DNA of 64,000 nt from Nitrosopumilus sp. (GTDB lineage: Archaea > Thermoproteota > Nitrososphaeria > Nitrososphaerales > Nitrosopumilaceae): positions 2,080,001-2,144,000 of the forward strand of contig OZ244651.1 in NCBI GenBank assembly GCA_965218695.1, written 5' to 3'. The notes below the pieces were generated by a model. That model worked only from the letters and a program-made list of their open reading frames with translations. It was not told the origin of the DNA and did not search any database. Positions within the stretch are counted from its first letter, which is position 1. Every line of letters starts with the position of its first letter. The translations under genes and the position numbers were made by a program. Below, piece by piece: positions 59,809-64,000 of the stretch.

Positions 59809-61524
59809 ATGGCGTTGTTCAGCTTTAAATATGGTTTTTGCATAATTCTTTTGTTGTATTATCTGTCTGGACTGCTTGCGGTGGTGGTCGGCGTACTTGC
59901 AATTTCTGTTGCTCTTCCAACTGCCTTTGGACACGGACTGGGAGGTGATCAGGCTGAGCCCATCAGCTTTGAGGGCATGGAAGTTACGGTACGCACTGAC
60001 ATCACCCCGGCAGACCTCACGATCGGAAGTATTGATGATGTCAACCTGAAGATTAGGTTCTTTGATCTTTTGACAGACAATACGCTGGATCAGGTGACAT
60101 ACAGGGTGGAGGTCTGGAAGACTGAGGATCTGCTTGCAAGAAACCTCTTTTATGATACTGACGGTATACTCTACGTAGAAGTTCGTCCAGACAGTGATTG
60201 TGACGAGGCAGACCTCGACAAATGTACCATTTACGGCGGTTCCCAGCATGTGAGTTCCCCGGGAGCGCTTTTTGTGCAAGGGACTGAATGCAATGATGAA
60301 AATGTCGATATATGTGCCAGACCAACTATTACCGGACCCGTATTTGACAGGGGCGGTCTGTACAACATCAAGATAGATATCGAAGGTGCAACCAGCCCAA
60401 AGGTACAGGTTGCACAGAGATTAAGCTACGATACATTTGTCAGCATCGCACAGGAACAGGACTTTTTAATCAGTACGGCACATGCACAGGAAGTTCCCGT
60501 GGTTGTCAAGACATACTACGACGATGTGAAAAACTTTGCATTTGATACCTCTGACAACTCCATCACGTTTGACATGCCTTTTGACTGGAGTCCAGACTAT
60601 GTGAATCTGGTCCCTGTGGTGCACGAGGAGATTCAGATTCCATCAAGCTTTGCACCCTATGCCGAAGGAACGCAGTTTACGGGATATGTCAACGGGATTG
60701 AGCTTGGCCAGAGGGCACTGCTCAACGATCCATACTCCATGGACGACACAAACATCATTCATTTCCTAGTATCCCAGACCGAACTGGTAAAGATCAATGA
60801 TGCCTTGGGTTCGGAGCATCATGCCAACAAGAACATGAACTTTAGACTGGTTCCATCAGACGGGGCCTCGAAGAACTTTGCCGAGTTTTATCTTGTGGAT
60901 TTGAAGGAATTTGAGCCAACCCCGACTACCGTCCAACTCTCATGGGACGGCACATACGGTGCAGGCCAGACAATTCCGTTCGAGTTTACATTCTTTGATG
61001 CAGACAGACAGCTGATCCAGGATGTCTGGTACGCATATTCTGTGTTTGATGGATCCGGGCAGGAACTGTTCTCGTCTGTAACTCCTGAAAATCCTGCAAT
61101 CCTCTCCTCTGAGGGAATCGATGTACAGGATATTCATATCCAATCAGAGGGCCTGTTCAGGATCGACGTTAGGGTGGTAGGAACCGGACTGGACTATGAT
61201 CCCACCTACTCGGGAATCGGCTCTGCACATGTAGAGATAGGTCCCGGCCAGCTTACGTCAATTCCGGAATGGGTAAAGAACACCGCGGCATTTTGGGCAG
61301 ATGGCACGATTGATGACACCGCCTTCATAGGGGCAATCCAGTTTCTGATTCAACAGGGCATCATAGATCTTCCCCCAACCGAATCCGGTGACGGCTCCGG
61401 CTCAGACGAGATTCCAGAGTGGGTAAAGAACACCGCGGCATTTTGGGCAGATGGCACGATTGATGACACCGCCTTCATAGGGGCAATCCAGTTTCTGATT
61501 CAACAGGGCATCATAGTGGTTTAA
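59809..61524 (+). CDS. Exported protein (paralog family member 2) with duplicated IPEWVK C-terminal domain; real start probably about 59851
   Basis: Signal AFG|HG; ITGP-GGLY, MPFDWS; two IPEWVKN...FLIQQGII units. Confidence 0.85.
   Translation: MALFSFKYGFCIILLLYYLSGLLAVVVGVLAISVALPTAFGHGLGGDQAEPISFEGMEVTVRTDITPADLTIGSIDDVNLKIRFFDLLTDNTLDQVTYRVEVWKTEDLLARNLFYDTDGILYVEVRPDSDCDEADLDKCTIYGGSQHVSSPGALFVQGTECNDENVDICARPTITGPVFDRGGLYNIKIDIEGATSPKVQVAQRLSYDTFVSIAQEQDFLISTAHAQEVPVVVKTYYDDVKNFAFDTSDNSITFDMPFDWSPDYVNLVPVVHEEIQIPSSFAPYAEGTQFTGYVNGIELGQRALLNDPYSMDDTNIIHFLVSQTELVKINDALGSEHHANKNMNFRLVPSDGASKNFAEFYLVDLKEFEPTPTTVQLSWDGTYGAGQTIPFEFTFFDADRQLIQDVWYAYSVFDGSGQELFSSVTPENPAILSSEGIDVQDIHIQSEGLFRIDVRVVGTGLDYDPTYSGIGSAHVEIGPGQLTSIPEWVKNTAAFWADGTIDDTAFIGAIQFLIQQGIIDLPPTESGDGSGSDEIPEWVKNTAAFWADGTIDDTAFIGAIQFLIQQGIIVV
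61270..61516 (+). repeat. 97-bp exact direct repeat, period 150 bp
   Basis: 61270-61366 identical to 61420-61516. Confidence 0.92.
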
Positions 61525-61693
61525 TCCATTTTCATGTGCTCTGCATTATTGTCATTTACACAGCCTACAGATGACCCGACTGCGTAACTGGTTAGGTTCA
61601 CGACTGGATTTTGAGGTCAACAGACAGCGAACCTAACCTTTTACCCCCGACTGCATGTCATAGGTTTTTAAGGAAATTCTACAAAGCCCTGAT

Positions 61694-61900
61694 GTGAGAG
61701 ACATCAATGAAATAATGCCCAAGGTTCCAAACATGCGATGGGGAGCACTGATGAATCGGCGACCTACCAGTGAGAGGATCATGGAGATGAACAGACTCTT
61801 TCCGGATAACGGCAGATGGCATACCGTGTTTGAGGAAAGCGATCAGGTCACCATCGACGGCAGGCAGATCCGAAAGGCGGATCCCCAAAGATGGACCTAG
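61694..61900 (+). CDS. Small hypothetical protein
   Basis: 68-aa ORF with TTTTTAA upstream; host-like codon usage. Confidence 0.7.
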   Translation: MRDINEIMPKVPNMRWGALMNRRPTSERIMEMNRLFPDNGRWHTVFEESDQVTIDGRQIRKADPQRWT

Positions 61901-61953
61901 CATGTCCTGTCCGGACGACATGTCAGAGAGAGCCAGATTAACAATACCGTGAT

Positions 61954-63261
61954 CAGATAACCCAGATGTGACGCATACAGACAAACTTTCAATGCAAACA
62001 GATCAATAAGGTACACGCCCCAGACGACCTTAATGCATCACCAAAAAAGTCGCCTGGGACGCGACATGATGAACAATTCTAGGACTATCAAAGTATTGTA
62101 GACGAGACTGACAAGATTACGTCCTGCGTCAAGATCTCCAAGAGATACAACGCAGTTTATGGATCCGGCGACTTTCACGATATGGCGATGCGGGCGGCAT
62201 TGGCCAATTCCTACATATCAGGATCCGCGTCTGCCGTGCGGCGGGCGGCATCATCAGACTGCGGCCCCGCAAGGTCGGCGCACCGCATTCCCACAGACGA
62301 GTGGTACAGGAACATCCTTTCTATGATGGATGACGGCGAGGTATCCGAATGCATCGGAGACGCCATATCATCACAGATTGACAGGCTGCGCCGTATGGGA
62401 AAGACGCCTCCGGACGGCATGACCATTGCCATTGACGCGCACTTGATACCATGCTATTGCAAGGACCACGGAGTCTAGCAGATACGCTCAAGATCCAAGC
62501 AGGGGACGGATCGTTTCATCAGGTACGTCACGGCGCAATGCGTGGATCGGGGCGCCCGCCTGACGCTTGCCGCCATACACATGCCCGCACTCGAATCCAT
62601 GTCGGATTTCGTGCGTAAACTCGTCGATTTGGCCAGGCAGGCAGGCGCGAACATCAAGCTGGTGCTGCTGGACAGAGAATTCTTTGCCACCGACGTAATG
62701 AGGACGCTTGACGGCATGGGCGTCGGATACCTCGTGCCAAGCAGGAATACTGACACGGTAGTCAACGCCCTTGATGAATTTGCAGCAGGCAGGCGCGGTG
62801 CCGTGTCCGAACTGGACATAACAAACTCCGACGGTGCCTCCTTTACGTACACGATACTCATCATGGAACGAAGAGAGCGAAAAAAGGATTCCAAGGATGA
62901 GTCCAAAAACAGGTACATTGGATTTGCCACCAACATGCCAGACATTGACGTGGCCGTGTACGATCAGAGGTGGGGGATAGAAACCGGCTACAAGATGCTA
63001 GAGGCGATGAGGCCCAGGACGCGCAGCCAAAACATCGCTGCAAGGAATTTTTGTTTTCTGTACTCTGTGGTGATATTCAATGCATGGGTGCTGGCAAACG
63101 CGATGCTTGCAAGCTGCCCGGCAGGAATGGGTCAGAAGGGCACTGCAATCACCCAGACCCATTTCAAATTCATGATAGAAAGCATGCTTCTTTTGCTAAG
63201 CATTATACCGCCCGAACCGCCGCCAGATCCTGTCGCGCCGTGAGCACATCTGGGTTATCTG
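61954..63261 (+). mobile_element. ISH3-like element (defective)
   Basis: IR CAGATAACCCAGATGTG; 5-bp duplication GTGAT at 61949-61953 and 63262-63266. Confidence 0.92.
62033..63243 (+). pseudogene. ISH3-like transposase pseudogene
   Basis: Frameshift near 62085 and in-frame TAG at 62476-62478; AIDAH, LDREF, RWGIETGYK. Confidence 0.88.
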
Positions 63262-63306
63262 GTGATGCCTTTAGATTTTTAATGGACGCACGCAGATTCA
63301 AACAGA

Positions 63307-64000
63307 TTGAAACAGCTTTGCATGTTGGCATTCCTCTCGCTGGGAATCCTTCTCCTTGTGCCCGGCAGTGCGCATGGCCACGGAGATCCAACCGAGGTCT
63401 TTCCCCCGGTAGAGTTGGACGGCAGGTTTGTCACCCTAGAGATATCCTCCGACCCAGTTACCGATAACGATGATCAACGCATCTCAATTTCCATGATTGA
63501 CTTTGATTCCAAGATTACACTGCGGGATGTCACGTTCCTGATAAAAGCCGAACGGGGGGAGACGTTCCTGTTCGAGCAGGAGTTTCGGGCAGACAGCGGT
63601 TCCATAATATTCAACTTTGTATCCGAAGATACTGATTCCGTCGTGGTGCAGGAGGCAGAAGGGGGCCTTTTTGGTTCCCTGCTGGGACTTGACAACTACC
63701 TGTTTCATGTAAAGGGGCCGAACCTCAGCAAGGGGGGACTGTACAAGTTTGATGTAGCCGTACTTGCGGCAGACGGCTACTCCAGAACGCTTGCCAAACC
63801 ACTGGTATTCAACGGTGGAGTCTCAATTGCACAGAATACGACACATGCGATTGCTGATCCAAACTTTGGGGACCAAATCATTAACGTAATTACATACTAT
63901 GACGAGATATCCGGCTTCGAGTATGACTGGGAGTCAAAGGGCATCAGATACTCTATGCCATTTGAGTGGAGCCAAGAGAACATCAACCAGACATCGGTGG
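63307..64000 (+). CDS. Exported protein (paralog family member 3), truncated by window end
   Basis: Manual translation MLAFLSLGILLLVPGSAHG|HGDPTEVF...KGPNLSKGGLY...TYYDEI...MPFEWS. Confidence 0.85.
   Translation, partial: MKQLCMLAFLSLGILLLVPGSAHGHGDPTEVFPPVELDGRFVTLEISSDPVTDNDDQRISISMIDFDSKITLRDVTFLIKAERGETFLFEQEFRADSGSIIFNFVSEDTDSVVVQEAEGGLFGSLLGLDNYLFHVKGPNLSKGGLYKFDVAVLAADGYSRTLAKPLVFNGGVSIAQNTTHAIADPNFGDQIINVITYYDEISGFEYDWESKGIRYSMPFEWSQENINQTSV

Noticed and set aside
62476-62478. TAG readthrough (pyrrolysine) in a transposase
   Set aside because: The same gene has an upstream frameshift and no pyl genes are seen; simple decay is more likely
1293-63261. TnpB/IscB, IS110 recombinase, or RT-based systems (DGR, retron)
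   Set aside because: All transposases show DDE motifs of IS481, IS630, ISH3 or IS66; no RuvC, HNH or RT motifs recognised

Overview
Archaeal DNA from a Nitrosopumilaceae-like ammonia oxidiser (Thaumarchaeota). The evidence is the split A-type ATP synthase, AOA-type Amt, PEFG-CTERM and CFI-box-CTERM surface proteins, and archaeal tRNAs. The roughly balanced GC content and very heavy IS load suggest a host-associated lineage (inference). The housekeeping backbone includes cbiT, a RadA paralog, lhr, RPA, an ABC-2 exporter, tRNA-Gln, grpE-dnaK-dnaJ, tRNA-Leu, tmk, pyrH, a Cas4-like gene, atpC/I/E/A/B/D/K, amt and pyrI/pyrB. It is interrupted by 12 IS copies whose ends and target duplications can be read directly: 2 IS481-like, 2 IS630, 4 ISH3-like and 4 single-ORF IS66-like, together about 17 kb and often nested. 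The last 20 kb is a cluster of exported or surface-anchored proteins around a CopC-CopD-beta-propeller fusion and a Met-repeat cupredoxin. Five of these proteins are predicted to begin with His after signal cleavage, and three form an uncharacterised paralog family. This candidate copper-capture system is the best lead in the window. Other leads are an IS630 carrying a convergent mini-copy of its own HTH, a tail-to-tail IS palindrome, a target-like sequence inside an IS481 non-coding end, a 29x N-glycosylation sequon array and several unannotated microproteins. No CRISPR array, reverse transcriptase or phage genes were seen.
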